In this document: positions 63,476 through 64,000 of the stretch, piece by piece
Position numbering within the stretch: the first letter of the stretch is position 1
How the letters are laid out: every line of letters starts with the position of its first letter
Source of the DNA: an uncultured Candidatus Actinomarinales bacterium
Lineage (GTDB): Bacteria > Actinomycetota > Acidimicrobiia > Actinomarinales > Actinomarinaceae
Reading direction: 5' to 3'
Assembly (NCBI GenBank): GCA_943789065.1
Contig: CALSSQ010000001.1
Coordinates: forward strand, 746,426 to 810,425
Length of the DNA stretch: 64,000 bases
Made by a program: the position numbers and the translations under genes
The notes under the pieces: model-generated
Databases searched by the model: none
Seen by the model: the letters and a program-made list of their open reading frames with translations, nothing else
Told to the model about the DNA's origin: nothing

Positions 63476-64000
63476 TTTTTCTCCTTTGATGTGTCATAAG
63501 TTTGAAAACCTGGAACAGGGCTAGTTGCTCCATTGTTATCTGCGATAGCCCAGTCAAAAGACTTCACTCCACCAAATTTATCTTGAAGCTCATCTGCAAC
63601 TACTATTTCAGGTTCTTCTTCTTTAAGCCACTTGCACAAATCTACAGCTTTATCAGGTGTTAGGCCTTCGACAGTCTCATAATTAATTTGAATTGCAGGT
63701 GCTCCACCACACGCGCCAATGCATTCAACAGACTCATAAGTAAAGAAATTTTCATCATCTGTTTCATTGTTACTTAGCCCTGTAAAATTTTTAACACTAT
63801 TAATTACATCACTTGAGTTACTTATCTCACAAGAAATTGATTTACAAACACTGAGTAAATATTTACCTGTTGGCTCCTGTTTGTACATTGAATAAAAAGA
63901 CGCAACCGATTGGACTTGGACTTCTGTTATCCCAATAAGTCCGCTAATTTCAACAATTGATTCATTTGAGATATATCCATCTTTATCTTGAGCTAAATAA
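63472..64000 (-). CDS. nuoE: NADH-quinone oxidoreductase subunit E (5' end beyond window)
   Basis: Reading frame stays open to the window end (..LAQDKDGYISNESIVEISGLIGITEVQVQSVASFYSMYKQEP..); CxxxxC...CGACGGAP 2Fe-2S motif; the ORF-track Met at 63888 is internal. Confidence 0.85.
   Translation of the reverse strand, partial: YLAQDKDGYISNESIVEISGLIGITEVQVQSVASFYSMYKQEPTGKYLLSVCKSISCEISNSSDVINSVKNFTGLSNNETDDENFFTYESVECIGACGGAPAIQINYETVEGLTPDKAVDLCKWLKEEEPEIVVADELQDKFGGVKSFDWAIADNNGATSPVPGFQTYDTSKEKK

Noticed and set aside
30268-64000. Two nuo operons as an assembly duplication or collapsed repeat
   Set aside because: Corresponding subunits (e.g. NuoK, NuoL, NuoI) differ extensively in sequence and length, and operon content differs (operon 1 has no nuoEFG), so these are true paralogous operons.
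1-64000. CRISPR arrays, rRNA genes, transposases/integrases or prophage genes
   Set aside because: No regularly spaced direct repeats, no rRNA-like stretches and no recombinase-like ORFs were seen; every large ORF is accounted for by housekeeping, transport or respiratory functions.

Overview
This window looks like a low-GC (~33%) actinobacterium-type genome segment. That guess rests on the S3 C-terminal extension, the ~1300-aa RpoC, the tRNA-Tyr/Thr/Met-rpmG ... tRNA-Trp-secE-nusG layout and the EF-Tu sequence. All calls are by-eye motif recognition from the ORF track and hand translation; no searches were run. Positions 1-23.8 kb (minus strand) hold the conserved ribosomal supercluster: rplO(partial)-rpmD-spc operon-S10 operon, tuf-fusA-rpsG-rpsL, rpoC-rpoB, rplL-rplJ, rplA-rplK, nusG-secE and tRNA-Trp. 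A ZAS-type anti-sigma/ECF sigma pair, rpmG (hand-found, 53 aa) and three tRNAs follow. The rest (25-64 kb) is accessory/energy metabolism. It contains an 11-gene complex-I operon nuoABCDHIJKLMN with no nuoEFG, followed directly by a MidA/NDUFAF7-like methyltransferase gene. A heliorhodopsin gene sits between a lipoprotein gene and an Fe(3+)-type ABC transporter with a divergent DtxR-family regulator. A second, canonical nuo operon (nuoE-N in window, nuoE running off the end) has nuoG split by a frameshift at an A6 run. The most interesting items are the heliorhodopsin locus, the two divergent complex-I operons, and the MidA-nuo linkage. No CRISPR arrays, rRNA genes or mobile elements were seen.
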